From NCBI GenBank assembly GCA_051859245.1, contig JBHYGA010000006.1, forward strand, positions 128,001-192,000: DNA of 64,000 nt, read 5' to 3'. This DNA is from Gemmatimonadaceae bacterium (GTDB lineage: Bacteria > Gemmatimonadota > Gemmatimonadetes > Gemmatimonadales > Gemmatimonadaceae). The first letter of the stretch is position 1. The number at the start of each line of letters is the position of its first letter. The notes below the pieces were generated by a model. It did no database searches and was not told the DNA's origin. It worked only from the letters and a program-made list of their open reading frames with translations. Both the position numbers and the translations under genes were made by a program. Shown in pieces: positions 45,407 to 55,658 of the stretch.

Positions 45407-47026
45407 TCAGCTGACACGTCGCGGAGCCGGCCGATCGCCCGGCTCCGCGCGCAACACCGCATCAATCTTTCGGCCTTCGCGTGCGACGGCTTCCGGTAAA
45501 GCGTCCACGTCGAAGGCTTCTGTATTGAAGTTCACAATGCACGCGCGCAACAAATACCGACCGTCGAGCACCGCGTTCGAGAAAAAGAACTCGCCCGCCT
45601 GCTGCACGCGCTCAAGCAGCGCCTCGTTCAGCGTATTGAGGTATCGCGCGACTTCGGCGGTATGCACCGCGCCGCGCAGATCATCCGGCACGAACCGAAA
45701 TGTGGTGATGCTCAGCGACTGTGTGCACGCTTCAAACTCCGGGTGCTCAGCCAGCGTTCGGAAGAGACGTTCGCTCAGCAGCATGTCGTCGTGAATCATG
45801 CGTTCGTAGCCACGCCGTCCAACTTGCTGCAGTGCGAGCCATAACTTCAGCGCCCGAAATCCGCGTGAGTTCTGCGGGCCGAGATCGAAGTAGTTGATCG
45901 CTTCCTGTCCGAAGTGATAGTACGGCGGATGATACGCGAACGCGTCACGCAGTCGCGAGGCGTCTCGCACCAGCAGACAACCTGCTTCCAGCGGTGCGTA
46001 CATCCACTTGTGCGGATCCACGGCGAGCGAATCAGCGCGACCCAGCGCCGCGAGATCGGCCGATACGCCGTCTACACACGCGGCGAGCGCACCGTAGGCG
46101 CCGTCCACGTGCAGCCAGACACCCAACTCTTCGCAAACGTTGGCGATCTCCCGAATGGGATCAATGGCTCCGCTGCTGACCGTGCCAGCGGTTGCAATCA
46201 CCATCATCGGCACGTGACCTTGCGCTCGATCCTCCAGAATCGCTTCACGCAGCAGGGCCGGATTCAAACGATACGTACTGTCTGTTGGAATCCAGTGAAT
46301 CGCGTTGGTGCCAAGTCCCGAGAGATCAGTTGCCTTGTGTAACCAGGTGTGGGTTTCCGCCGACGCGTACACACGCATTGCCGGCACGCCAGTCGCACCA
46401 ACGCCTTGGGTGCGAATATCCCATGGCGCGGCTGCGGCACGTGCGGCCCACAGGCCCACGATATTGGCCATGTTGCCACCACTCACAAGCAATCCGCCGC
46501 CGTTGACGGGGTAGCCCACCAGCTCGGCGATCCAGCGCACCGTCTGCGCCTCGATCTCAGTAGCCATGGGCGCCAGACGCCACGCGCCAACGTTGGCATT
46601 GACCACCGATGCCAACATGTCGGCCAGCATGCCAATCGGCGCAGGCGATGCGGTGATGTAACCCCAGAACCGCGGATGCCCGTTCAGCAACGAATGATCG
46701 AACAGCAATCGTGTGGTGTCGTCGAGCAGTGCGCTCGCGTCGCGTCCAAAGACGGGCAATGTATTCGACGCACCTAACGTGGCCTGCACTTCATGTGGCG
46801 ACTCGCCCGGTGTCACCGGGCGTTCGCGAACGCCGTCGAGAAAGTCTGCGGCCGCGTTGACCAGCGCCAGTCCCGCCGCTCGGAACTCCTGAGGCGACAT
46901 GCGCAGCGGCGCTGCACGGAGCGGCGCTTCACGCACTGGCGCTTCTCGCAACAACGAGAAAGGATGTTCTCCGAGCGTTCCGTGGCTCGAGGTGGTATCG
47001 GCGACGTTCGCGTGCGAAACGGGCAT
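45407..47026 (-). CDS. PLP-dependent group II amino-acid decarboxylase
   Basis: HPRFWGY, SGGNMAN, ATAGTV..GAIDP, WLHVDGAYG, DSLAVDPHKW (PLP Lys), SRGFRALKLW; GGAG RBS before 47026. Confidence 0.92.
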   Translation of the reverse strand: MPVSHANVADTTSSHGTLGEHPFSLLREAPVREAPLRAAPLRMSPQEFRAAGLALVNAAADFLDGVRERPVTPGESPHEVQATLGASNTLPVFGRDASALLDDTTRLLFDHSLLNGHPRFWGYITASPAPIGMLADMLASVVNANVGAWRLAPMATEIEAQTVRWIAELVGYPVNGGGLLVSGGNMANIVGLWAARAAAAPWDIRTQGVGATGVPAMRVYASAETHTWLHKATDLSGLGTNAIHWIPTDSTYRLNPALLREAILEDRAQGHVPMMVIATAGTVSSGAIDPIREIANVCEELGVWLHVDGAYGALAACVDGVSADLAALGRADSLAVDPHKWMYAPLEAGCLLVRDASRLRDAFAYHPPYYHFGQEAINYFDLGPQNSRGFRALKLWLALQQVGRRGYERMIHDDMLLSERLFRTLAEHPEFEACTQSLSITTFRFVPDDLRGAVHTAEVARYLNTLNEALLERVQQAGEFFFSNAVLDGRYLLRACIVNFNTEAFDVDALPEAVAREGRKIDAVLRAEPGDRPAPRRVS

Positions 47027-47112
47027 GTAGCACTCCGGCAGATTGACGTGGGTCCTCGTGCCCTAACATGCGCGAAAGGTGCGCGACAGGCGACATGTCT
47101 TGCCGGGGATCT

Positions 47113-47152
47113 ACCCGTGCTGCCGTCGCGCGTGTGCGACCGCAGCACGGGT
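47113..47152. terminator. Long hairpin downstream of the MCP (terminator or stabiliser)
   Basis: ACCCGTGCTGC..GTCGC / GCGAC..GCAGCACGGGT; no clear T-tract. Confidence 0.5.
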
Positions 47153-47168
47153 CCGAATGACTGCTGGT

Positions 47169-49232
47169 CTAGAACACGTTCAGGATGTGCAGATCGTCTG
47201 ACTCGATTCCGTTTCGCCGATCGGCTCGTACCCGCGACTGCTTCGCTACCGTACGACCACCGCCTGCGCGTGTGGCACTGCCAGCCCGCGAGTTCTCTGC
47301 GGTGGTCCGGAAGGTGCTGACCAGCGAGGTGAGGGTCATGGCCTGGCCCGCCAGCTCCTCGGCCGCTGCGGCGGATTCTTCCGCGTTTGCCGCCGATTGT
47401 TGCGTTACCTGGTTCAGCTGTTCAACGGCCGTGTTGATCTGTCGCACGCCTTCCTGCTGTTGTTCGCTGCCTGCGGCGATATCACTTACCACCCCGGACA
47501 CACGCGAGACATCCTGACCAATCTCGCCGAGACGCTGCGAGACTTCGGCGTTGAGTGTCGCGCCTTCACGCGCATTGTTCACCGCTGACTCGATCAACGC
47601 CGCGGTATTCTTTGCGGCGTCAGCGCTGCGAATCGCCAGCGCGCGGACTTCTTCGGCGACCACGGCAAAGCCGCGACCTGCATCGCCCGCGCGTGCTGCC
47701 TCAACGGCGGCGTTCAACGCGAGCAGGTTTGTCTGGAACGCGATCTCATCGATCGTCTTCACAATGCGCGCGGTTTCGTCACTCGATTTGTTAATCGCGT
47801 CGATAGCACGGGACAGCTTGCTCATTGATTCCTGTCCTCGACCGACACGCTCACGGGCCTCGTCAGCAACGCCGCGCGCTTCACGCGAGCTCGATGCAGC
47901 CTGTGTTGACATGGACAACATTTCCTGAAGGCTGCCAGCGACTTCTTCCAGTGACGCACCCTGCTCAGACGTACCCTGCGCCAATGCTTGGCTGCCACTG
48001 GCAATCTGCTCGCCAGCCGACGCCACTTGTTCCGCGGCGCGGTTCACCTGTTGCATCGCATCATCAAGTGTCGCGGCGGCCTCGTTGACCGCGAGCTTGA
48101 TTCGCTCGAAGTCGCCGCGATACTCGCCAGTCATGCGCGCCGTCAAATCACGCGCTGCAAGTTTACCCAGAACGCGTGACGTTTCATCCACCGGCGTCGC
48201 CATGGCATCCACCAGTGCATTCACCGACTGCACGAGCTCCCGGTACGAACCGTGATATCGCGCGAGATCGCCGCGCACAGAGAGATTGCCGTCCTGGGCT
48301 GCGGACACGAGCGTGTTGGTATCAGTAATCAGCGCCTGCACGGTCCGGCGCAAGGCGATGAAGGCGTGACCCAACGCATCCTGTTCGCTACGTGCGGTCA
48401 CTTGTATCGTGAGATCACCGTTGGTGATGGATGTGGCGGCCGATGCCAAGTCACGCTGCGCGGCGATCATGTCTTGCATGGCGTCGCCGAGCTGCCCCAA
48501 CTCATCGCGCTGGGCGATCTCGATGCGCTGATCAACATGTCCGAGCGCGAGGGAGCGCGCCGTGGTGGTCAGCTGCGCAAGCGCGCCGGTAATCGGGCGG
48601 CTAATCACAACTCCGACGAAGATGCTGAGCAGACACGAGACAACAAGCAGCCCCGTGAGTGTCAGCACAGAGGACTTTACGCGCGCATTTGATTCAGCGA
48701 CGGACGTTTGCATGAGTTCGATCTTCGAGTCTCGCAGTGCATCCATGAGCGCGTCAATCGAATCCGCCTGCACGCGGATGGTGGGCAGCTGAAGCTGTCC
48801 TGCTTCACTCTGACCCTCCAACGCGAGCGCGACAATCGCATCCTGTTGCGGACGAAGGCGCGAATACATCGCGAGCAAAGTGGATGCGTCATCCTGCTGC
48901 TCTTTTCGGACGAGCTGCGACTGGTAGCCAGCAAAATTGGCACGAAAACTCGAGTCGTATTTCACGATATCTGCCTGTCGTTTCTGCACGGCTTCACGCG
49001 TGTCATCAAGCAACGCGTTGCGTACCGCACGGGACATGCTGATCAGCTGCACGTTGGATTCCATCAGTGCGAGAGCAGGTGTCGCATGCTTCACGTACAG
49101 GTCTTTCATCTGTGTATCGATGCTGCGCGCTGTTGTCATTCCCACGCCGCCGACTGCGAGCATCAACACCATCAGCACACCAAAGCCCAGTGCCAGTTTC
49201 CGGCCAATTGCCAGGTCTGCGAACCACTTCAT
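47169..49232 (-). CDS. Methyl-accepting chemotaxis protein (4HB sensor)
   Basis: MKWF.DL.IGRKL..GF, 2 TM, HAMPs (RDELGQL), [30 protein letters not shown]. Confidence 0.96.
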   Translation of the reverse strand: MKWFADLAIGRKLALGFGVLMVLMLAVGGVGMTTARSIDTQMKDLYVKHATPALALMESNVQLISMSRAVRNALLDDTREAVQKRQADIVKYDSSFRANFAGYQSQLVRKEQQDDASTLLAMYSRLRPQQDAIVALALEGQSEAGQLQLPTIRVQADSIDALMDALRDSKIELMQTSVAESNARVKSSVLTLTGLLVVSCLLSIFVGVVISRPITGALAQLTTTARSLALGHVDQRIEIAQRDELGQLGDAMQDMIAAQRDLASAATSITNGDLTIQVTARSEQDALGHAFIALRRTVQALITDTNTLVSAAQDGNLSVRGDLARYHGSYRELVQSVNALVDAMATPVDETSRVLGKLAARDLTARMTGEYRGDFERIKLAVNEAAATLDDAMQQVNRAAEQVASAGEQIASGSQALAQGTSEQGASLEEVAGSLQEMLSMSTQAASSSREARGVADEARERVGRGQESMSKLSRAIDAINKSSDETARIVKTIDEIAFQTNLLALNAAVEAARAGDAGRGFAVVAEEVRALAIRSADAAKNTAALIESAVNNAREGATLNAEVSQRLGEIGQDVSRVSGVVSDIAAGSEQQQEGVRQINTAVEQLNQVTQQSAANAEESAAAAEELAGQAMTLTSLVSTFRTTAENSRAGSATRAGGGRTVAKQSRVRADRRNGIESDDLHILNVF

Positions 49233-49422
49233 GCATTCTCCGTCGTCGCCGCGCGACGTGTATTGTAGGGCAGTACGGGCACCTCGTGCGGTACCATGCC
49301 TACAAGTGTCGACCGACGGAACGCTTTACTTAGCAACGCGACCCAAAAGCTTTTGAGAGATAAAGCGCTGTAAGGCAATCCCGTGCAAGCAAGCCGGGTT
49401 AACGCCGACATATCTGATCGGC

Positions 49423-49461
49423 GACGTGAAACGCACAGTGTGTGGCCAGGCGTTTCACGTC
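49423..49461. terminator. Hairpin downstream of the lipoprotein gene
   Basis: Perfect 12-bp stem GACGTGAAACGC / GCGTTTCACGTC. Confidence 0.55.
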
Positions 49462-49501
49462 CCCGAATCACTTTCGCGTCAGTGCACTTGGCGAGCGGCC
49501 A

Positions 49502-49972
49502 CTATTTCGAGAGCGTTCCGGAATATGAAAGCGTAGCCGTAGGCGGTGTGGCGCCAAAATTTGCGTTGCCCGACAACGTCCCAGATCCTGCGTACGCTGT
49601 ATACTTGCCGGTGGCAGATTCCACACTCCATGTGCCGGCCAGCGCGGCTGCGGTTGGGCTTGAAAACGTCAGCGTTGCAGCGCCCTTGACCACGATTGCT
49701 CCATCACGCCCTTGCATGCGTCGCACAAAAGTGACTGGAACAGGCGACTTGTCGAGCGGCCCACCAAAAATCAGCTCTTCGGAGGTTGCCCCTTCGTCTG
49801 CCAGCGCACCCGTCATCTGAAAGGTGCCGGCGCTCGTAGTTTGCCCGGTCAAGGCTTGCTGCACCGCAATGGTTACCGCGCCGCCGGCCGCGCTCTCGGA
49901 AGGTGAACCGTTGCACGCCGCAAGTGAAAAAATGGCCAACGGTATTGACGCAAACTTCAGGGAATATTTCAT
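49502..49972 (-). CDS. Hypothetical beta-rich lipoprotein
   Basis: MKYSLK..., lipobox LAAC, GGAG RBS; GTWSVESATGKY...GSG beta-barrel-like pattern. Confidence 0.75.
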   Translation of the reverse strand: MKYSLKFASIPLAIFSLAACNGSPSESAAGGAVTIAVQQALTGQTTSAGTFQMTGALADEGATSEELIFGGPLDKSPVPVTFVRRMQGRDGAIVVKGAATLTFSSPTAAALAGTWSVESATGKYTAYAGSGTLSGNANFGATPPTATLSYSGTLSK

Positions 49973-50047
49973 GATGAGACTCCGGTCAACGTAAACAGCG
50001 CACTCCGTCAGAAGTGACGTGACGCTTGCCGGAGAATCGGTGTATCG

Positions 50048-50080
50048 CCGGGTGGTGCGCACCACTCACCCCGGGTGGTG
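50048..50080 (-). promoter_or_regulatory. 10-bp direct repeat, candidate operator
   Basis: CACCACCCGG-N13-CACCACCCGG (minus strand) between the LuxR-fusion gene and the lipoprotein gene. Confidence 0.5.
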
Positions 50081-50098
50081 GGGCGGGTGGCAGAGTCG

Positions 50099-51658
50099 CT
50101 AGCGCACTTGCAAGAGCCAGCCCTCAACCGCGCCAACTTCGCCAGGCTCGGCCGCCGCAATTTGCGGGGTGACCGCGAGCTGCTCGCCATTGAGAATGTC
50201 GTGCAACGTGGTAGACAGTACCACGTGACCAGCCGCATGTCCGTGCACGAGCTGCGCGATTACGGCACGTGCAGCGCCAAGCGGTTGGCCCTCCGCCACC
50301 GTGCATTCGCCCACATGCAGCGCGATCACACCGCATCGTCCGCGCCCTGCCAACGCCAGCGCCCTCGCACACGCGAGAGCGCGATGCGAACTATCAAAGA
50401 GCACCGTCCAGCCAGATTCTGACTCGCGCAGGTGTTTTGCGTTGTGTGCGTTGAGTACGGCGTGCTTCTCGTCGGAGAGCGAAGAGCCCGATCCGCTCAT
50501 GTGCAACATGATTGCCAACCAGGTTTCGGCAACCGGCTCCATTTCTGGTGCGCGCAGAAACGGAAGGATGGCGTTCAGCAGTAGCTCGCTATCAACAAAG
50601 TAGATGTGGTCTTCACCCGGAATCTCAACCAATCGTGCGTTCGGAAGTTTTCGCGCGAGATAACGTCCAGCCTCAACAGGCACGATACGATCGCCAATTT
50701 TGTGCACGATCAGTGCGCGAGTTCGCACGTCTGGCAAAATCGCCCGGACGTCAACGCGCGACGCAGACTCAATCACCGCGCGAATGGAGGACGGGCTCGA
50801 CGCCGAACGCAGCGCGCGTCCCCACCATTGTCGGAACGCGGGATCATGCTCCCGGAGCGGTGCAAATCGATCAATCGCGCTTGGCTCGCCCCAATGTTTG
50901 CGCCAGTTCTCAATCGATGCATTGAGCATCGCCATCGGCTGTGACCACGAAGGTTCCATGCCAAAGCGCGCCACGCGCGCAGTCGCGCCAATCAGCACCA
51001 GTGCACTGGTACGCGTGGCGTGCATGGACGCGAAAAGAATGGCCGCTGCTCCGCCCTCCGAGGTACCCATGATCACCGCGCGCTGTACCGCGACGGCATC
51101 AAGCACGGCCCGCATATCGGAAATCGTATCTTCGACCGTTGGAGCGCCCGTGCTGCGGTCCGAAAGCCCTGTGCCCCGCTTGTCGAAAATTATGACCCGC
51201 GCGTGCCTGCCAAGTGACTCAAAGAATGACACGTACTCCGGCTGATCGTGCGCAACTTCAAGATGTGACAGAAAGCCATGTACAAAGAGCACATCAACAG
51301 GACCCGATCCTACGACCTGATAGGCAATGGTACAGCCGTCATTCTCGACAAAGCAGATCGGCGACCATACAATCGGAGACGTGTCGTCTGCGCGGTAGCG
51401 ATCCAGCAGCCCACGCTCTCGCGCGCGTGCGACAGCGGACTTGCGATCAGATACGTGCAGTCGATCGAAGATCCGTTTGTTGTACCAACGCACCGTCTCA
51501 AGCGCGATGCCGAGCTGCTCACCGATCTCGCGATTGTTGCGACCGTCGGCAAGACCGCGCAGGATGTCGAGCTCGCGTGCCGACCACTCGGGAGCCATCT
51601 CAGCGTGCACGAAGAACTCCGGCGAACGGGGGTGTATCGGGAGGCCTAAGTCTGCCAC
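50099..51658 (-). CDS. LuxR-HTH + alpha/beta hydrolase + degenerate nucleotide-cyclase-like fusion regulator
   Basis: SARELDIL..LADG..NREIGEQL.I..ETVRWY; hydrolase HGF, FDKRGTGLSD, GTSEGG, GEDH; C-terminal FD....A..CA...ALHVGEC; start may be 51598. Confidence 0.8.
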   Translation of the reverse strand: MADLGLPIHPRSPEFFVHAEMAPEWSARELDILRGLADGRNNREIGEQLGIALETVRWYNKRIFDRLHVSDRKSAVARARERGLLDRYRADDTSPIVWSPICFVENDGCTIAYQVVGSGPVDVLFVHGFLSHLEVAHDQPEYVSFFESLGRHARVIIFDKRGTGLSDRSTGAPTVEDTISDMRAVLDAVAVQRAVIMGTSEGGAAAILFASMHATRTSALVLIGATARVARFGMEPSWSQPMAMLNASIENWRKHWGEPSAIDRFAPLREHDPAFRQWWGRALRSASSPSSIRAVIESASRVDVRAILPDVRTRALIVHKIGDRIVPVEAGRYLARKLPNARLVEIPGEDHIYFVDSELLLNAILPFLRAPEMEPVAETWLAIMLHMSGSGSSLSDEKHAVLNAHNAKHLRESESGWTVLFDSSHRALACARALALAGRGRCGVIALHVGECTVAEGQPLGAARAVIAQLVHGHAAGHVVLSTTLHDILNGEQLAVTPQIAAAEPGEVGAVEGWLLQVR

Positions 51659-51841
51659 ACCGTACGCGGAAGCGCGACTGAGTCGGTCGCGGCGCTCTAC
51701 TGTCGCACAGCCGCGCCTACCGGCAGTTCACCCTACAGCCTGTCAGGCAACCGCCGACTTTTTCGGCGCGCAGTACTCCTAGCTTCCGTGCTGAGTCCAC
51801 AATGGTTCCTGTACGCCGTTCAGCTGAGGCCAGTGCGCGCT

Positions 51842-52432
51842 ATGAGCGACCTTTTTGCCCTGCGAGTGCTCGTGGTTGACCACGACACCCGGTCGCGTGA
51901 CGAACTCGCCACCGAGCTGAACGCGCTCGGGTTTCTGGTGGTCGACGCGCCAACGGAGATGACGAGTTCGCCGCCCGAAGCCGATGTCGTGATCCTCGAT
52001 GTGACACGTACGGAAGAAGGCAGCGCACTGGATATGCTGCCGGCCATTCGCGAAGCGTTCCCGTCAATCGCGGTCGTGTTGTGCACCAGTCATGAGACGG
52101 AACAGCTGTGCGCAGATGACGCCGAGCGATCGCACGCGTCGGCTTTGCTGCTCAAGCCCATTCCGGTGACCGTACTTGATGCGACCGTTCGACTGGCCGC
52201 GATGCGAGCGCGAGAGCTCGCGAGCGCTCGCGAAGAAGCCGCACAGGCCAAGGCGCAACTGGAAGCGCGCAAGCTCATCGAACGGGCCAAGGGCATTCTG
52301 ATGCGCCGTACCGGCAGCTCCGAGCAGGAAGCGTATCGCATCATGCAGCGAACGAGTCAGGACAAATCCGTGCCCATGGTCAACATTGCCAAAGCGGTGC
52401 TCGACAGCGAACCGGGACTTCACGTCTCCTGA
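51842..52432 (+). CDS. REC-ANTAR response regulator (RNA antiterminator)
   Basis: REC (VLVVD, VILD, LKP) plus LEARKLIERAKGILM....SEQEAY..MQR.SQ ANTAR signature. Confidence 0.92.
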   Translation: MSDLFALRVLVVDHDTRSRDELATELNALGFLVVDAPTEMTSSPPEADVVILDVTRTEEGSALDMLPAIREAFPSIAVVLCTSHETEQLCADDAERSHASALLLKPIPVTVLDATVRLAAMRARELASAREEAAQAKAQLEARKLIERAKGILMRRTGSSEQEAYRIMQRTSQDKSVPMVNIAKAVLDSEPGLHVS

Positions 52433-52453
52433 GTCTGCTGCCGCGGCAGGTGC

Positions 52454-53695
52454 TCAGGCCGCGGCAGGTTTCTTTCGCGGCACAAAGCTCGCAATATTTC
52501 GCGCCAACAGAAAAGTGAGCGCGACGATAAACGCCGAGATAAAGAACGGCGACGCTTGACCAATTTCGTCGTACGCGATGCCGAAGATGATCGGAAACGC
52601 TACCCGGGAAATCCCGCCGTACGTTTGCTGTACGCCCATGTACAAGCCGCGTTGCGCGCTATTGATCACGCGCGAGAGCAACGCCGTCACACACGGAAAC
52701 GTGAAGGCGGTGCCCAGTGGCAACAGGCCAACCGCCATGGCCAGCGTGACAATATTTGGCGCGAGCCCGAGGCCGATCAAACCGACCGTCAGTAGCGCGA
52801 GGCCAATGCGAGCCAATCGCGCCTCGCCGAACTTATCGACGAGCGGTCCAAGAAAGAGTGCGCGAGTGACCACGGATAACACGCCGATATACGTGAAGAA
52901 ATATCCAATCGTCAACTCGGTCACACCGAACTTCCAGCCCAGAAAGAGCGCCAGCACTGCCGTCGTGCCCTGAAATGCACCGATCGCAATCGCATAAATC
53001 AGAATCAGCCGTGATGCCGGTTCACTCGGATGCGAAATCACCTGCACCAAGGCGGCACGAGATGTACCGCGCGGTGCAACGGCCGCCTTTCTATCGGCCG
53101 TATTGATTGTGCGCGCCTCGGTGAGATATTTCCACACAAACGCCATGTTGACCACGCAGAGCATGGCGGCAACGAGACCAGGCCACTCGGCACCCAGCGG
53201 TCGGAGCCACGCGCCAAGTGCGGGGCCGATCGCCACACCAGCGTTCGTGGCGGCACTGAGCCAGCCAAGCGCACGGGCACGATCATCAGGTTTGGTGGCA
53301 TCGGCCACGTACGCCTGGATCACACCAACAGTGCCACCGCCCGCGCCCTGCACAATGCGCGACACGAACAGCAACCACAGTGAGTCCGCATACGCGAAGA
53401 CCACAAACGCGATAGCCGACGCAACCAGACTGACCATCAGCGCCGGACGTCGGCCGTACCGGTCAGAGAAGCGCCCCCAGAATGGAGCACTGATCAGCTG
53501 CGCAATCGAAAACGACGCGACCAACAAGCCAACAATCGCACCGCCAGCGCCGAGCTTTTCCGCGTAGAAGGGAAGCAGCGGCATGATCATCAACATGCCA
53601 AGCATGTCGATAAACGCCGACACCATCAGAATGACAAGCTTTCCGGTGGCGTTGGGTTGTGTTTCGTACTCACCGGTTGCTGCGTGTTCGCTCAC
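52454..53695 (-). CDS. MFS transporter (TetA/DHA1-like)
   Basis: Motif A GRFSDRYGRRP, SRIVQG, AYVAD, GPALG; about 12 TM. Confidence 0.9.
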   Translation of the reverse strand: MSEHAATGEYETQPNATGKLVILMVSAFIDMLGMLMIMPLLPFYAEKLGAGGAIVGLLVASFSIAQLISAPFWGRFSDRYGRRPALMVSLVASAIAFVVFAYADSLWLLFVSRIVQGAGGGTVGVIQAYVADATKPDDRARALGWLSAATNAGVAIGPALGAWLRPLGAEWPGLVAAMLCVVNMAFVWKYLTEARTINTADRKAAVAPRGTSRAALVQVISHPSEPASRLILIYAIAIGAFQGTTAVLALFLGWKFGVTELTIGYFFTYIGVLSVVTRALFLGPLVDKFGEARLARIGLALLTVGLIGLGLAPNIVTLAMAVGLLPLGTAFTFPCVTALLSRVINSAQRGLYMGVQQTYGGISRVAFPIIFGIAYDEIGQASPFFISAFIVALTFLLARNIASFVPRKKPAAA

Positions 53696-54570
53696 TCCAC
53701 CTTCCCAAGCGCCGATGGCGCGACGGATTTTCCAACGACACCCGCCAAGGCCACAATCGTGAGCACATACGGGATCAGTTCAACAAACTGCGACGGCACG
53801 AGCTGCGCACCCTGCAGCTGAATCTGCAGTGTTTCGGCAGCCGCGAACAGCAGACACGCGGCGGCTACGCGCATGGGCATCCAGCGCCCGAAAATAATTG
53901 CGGCCAAGGCAATGAAGCCACGACCTGCGGTCATGCTATCGGTGAACTGATGCTGATCCAGCGCAAGGTAGGCGCCGCCAAGCGAAGCCAGCACGCCGCA
54001 CAACAGTAGTCCGCGCAATCGCAGCGCGCTCACGTTCACGCCCAGTGTCGCCGCCGCTTCAGGCTTTTCGCCAACGGCGCGGGCACGCAACCCGAACGGT
54101 GTGCGCCACAACAGCCACCACAGCGCCGGGAGCGCGATCAATCCGAGCCACACGAGCGGATTGGAAAAACTCGCCAGCACACCGAGCCCGCTGCCTTCGC
54201 CGCCAAACCCGTCAACGCGTGGTGAGTTGGAGGCGCTATCAAAGGCGAGCCGGAGAAAGAATCGTGTTGCACCAATCACCAGCAAGTTGATGGCAATGCC
54301 AACCACCACCTGGTTGGCGCGAAAGCGCAGCGTGCACAACGCGAGCAGCAGGGCCACCAGTATGCCGGCCGACACGGCGCAGAGCAGTCCGATCCATGCA
54401 TTGCCACCGTAGTACGAGCCAAGCACCGCGCCAAACGCCCCGGCGAGCATCATGCCTTCCAGTCCGAGTGCAATCACACCAACGCGCTCGGACATGACGC
54501 CACCCGCTGCGGCGAGCAGATAGGGAATGGCGATGCGTATCGTCTGCAGCAAGAATGCAAGCAGGATCAT
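53692..54570 (-). CDS. Nucleoside/sugar ABC transporter permease 2
   Basis: SER.GVI.LGLEGMML, TPFGLR.RAVGE.P, AGRGFIALAA.IFGRW. Confidence 0.9.
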   Translation of the reverse strand: MILLAFLLQTIRIAIPYLLAAAGGVMSERVGVIALGLEGMMLAGAFGAVLGSYYGGNAWIGLLCAVSAGILVALLLALCTLRFRANQVVVGIAINLLVIGATRFFLRLAFDSASNSPRVDGFGGEGSGLGVLASFSNPLVWLGLIALPALWWLLWRTPFGLRARAVGEKPEAAATLGVNVSALRLRGLLLCGVLASLGGAYLALDQHQFTDSMTAGRGFIALAAIIFGRWMPMRVAAACLLFAAAETLQIQLQGAQLVPSQFVELIPYVLTIVALAGVVGKSVAPSALGKVE

Positions 54571-55658
54571 GGCGTAACCTCGGCGGCATCACGGCGTACC
54601 AACGCCGCGGCCGTTTTGCGCAGCAATCGCTGCACCTCCGGAACCGTTGTTGCCACCGCCAGGATCACCACGGCCTGCAGAATGTCGACCAACTGTTTGG
54701 GCACGAGTGCATTCACGGCCAGGCCGCCCTGCGACAGTGTGGCGAACAACAACGCCGACACGAGAATTCCAAGCGGATGGTTGCGTCCCACCAGCGCCAC
54801 AGCGATTCCAAGAAAGCCGGAGCCGGCCGCAAAGCCTTCTTCGTAATAGTGCTTGTAGCCAAGCACAAAATTGATGCCACCGAGTCCTGCAAATGCACCC
54901 GACCACACCATGGCGCGGAACCACACGCGCGACACGGGAATGCCGCCGTACTCTGCCGCATCGGGTTGCAAGCCAACGGCGCGCAGTTCGTAACCGGAGC
55001 GCGTGCGAAAGAGCTTCCACCATGCGAACACAGCAACCAGCACGGCAACAACGATGGTCAGATTCGCCGCGGAACCCGCGAATACGGGAAAGAGACGACC
55101 CAGCCGCGCCACAAATCCGGCCTGCATTTCGGCGGTGTGCAGCGTTTCCGGAACGGCCATGTGCGATGCCACCACGTAGTTGAGCAGTGCCAGCAGCACA
55201 AAGTTCAGCATGATGGTGACAATGACTTCGCTGGCGCCAAAGCGCGCGCGCAACACGCCAGGAATCGCGCCCGCTGCACCACCGGCGAGCATCGCAGCCG
55301 CAATACACAACGGCACTGCAATGAGCCCTGGAATCGCTCCCGGAAGCAGCAGGCCGACCAACGCGGCCGCGAATCCACCAGCCGCGAGCTGTCCTTCGGC
55401 TCCAACGTTGAACAGGCCGGCGCGGGCCGCGTATGCAAACGCGAGTCCGGTGCAGGTGAGCGTCATCGTTTTGTAGATCACCTGCCCGAAGCCGTACCAG
55501 TTGCCCCAGGTGCCCTCAAGCAGCAAATGGTAGACTGTTGCTGGCGACTCGCCGTACGTGAGAATCAGCAGATCACCAACCACCATGGCGAGTGCCACCG
55601 CAAGTACCGGGGCAAGCATCGCCTGCGCGGCGCGCATGAGCAGTCCGTCACCGTTCAT
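54567..55658 (-). CDS. Nucleoside/sugar ABC transporter permease 1
   Basis: GLFNVGAEGQ, SEVIVTIMLN, GYELRAVG, GF.GIAVALVG; ATGA overlap with the ATPase stop. Confidence 0.9.
   Translation of the reverse strand: MNGDGLLMRAAQAMLAPVLAVALAMVVGDLLILTYGESPATVYHLLLEGTWGNWYGFGQVIYKTMTLTCTGLAFAYAARAGLFNVGAEGQLAAGGFAAALVGLLLPGAIPGLIAVPLCIAAAMLAGGAAGAIPGVLRARFGASEVIVTIMLNFVLLALLNYVVASHMAVPETLHTAEMQAGFVARLGRLFPVFAGSAANLTIVVAVLVAVFAWWKLFRTRSGYELRAVGLQPDAAEYGGIPVSRVWFRAMVWSGAFAGLGGINFVLGYKHYYEEGFAAGSGFLGIAVALVGRNHPLGILVSALLFATLSQGGLAVNALVPKQLVDILQAVVILAVATTVPEVQRLLRKTAAALVRRDAAEVTP

Noticed and set aside
49385..49461. GCAA-N15-GCCGACAT plus hairpin as a sigma28-driven sRNA
   Set aside because: Degenerate match pointing at no gene; the hairpin is more simply the terminator of the lipoprotein gene.
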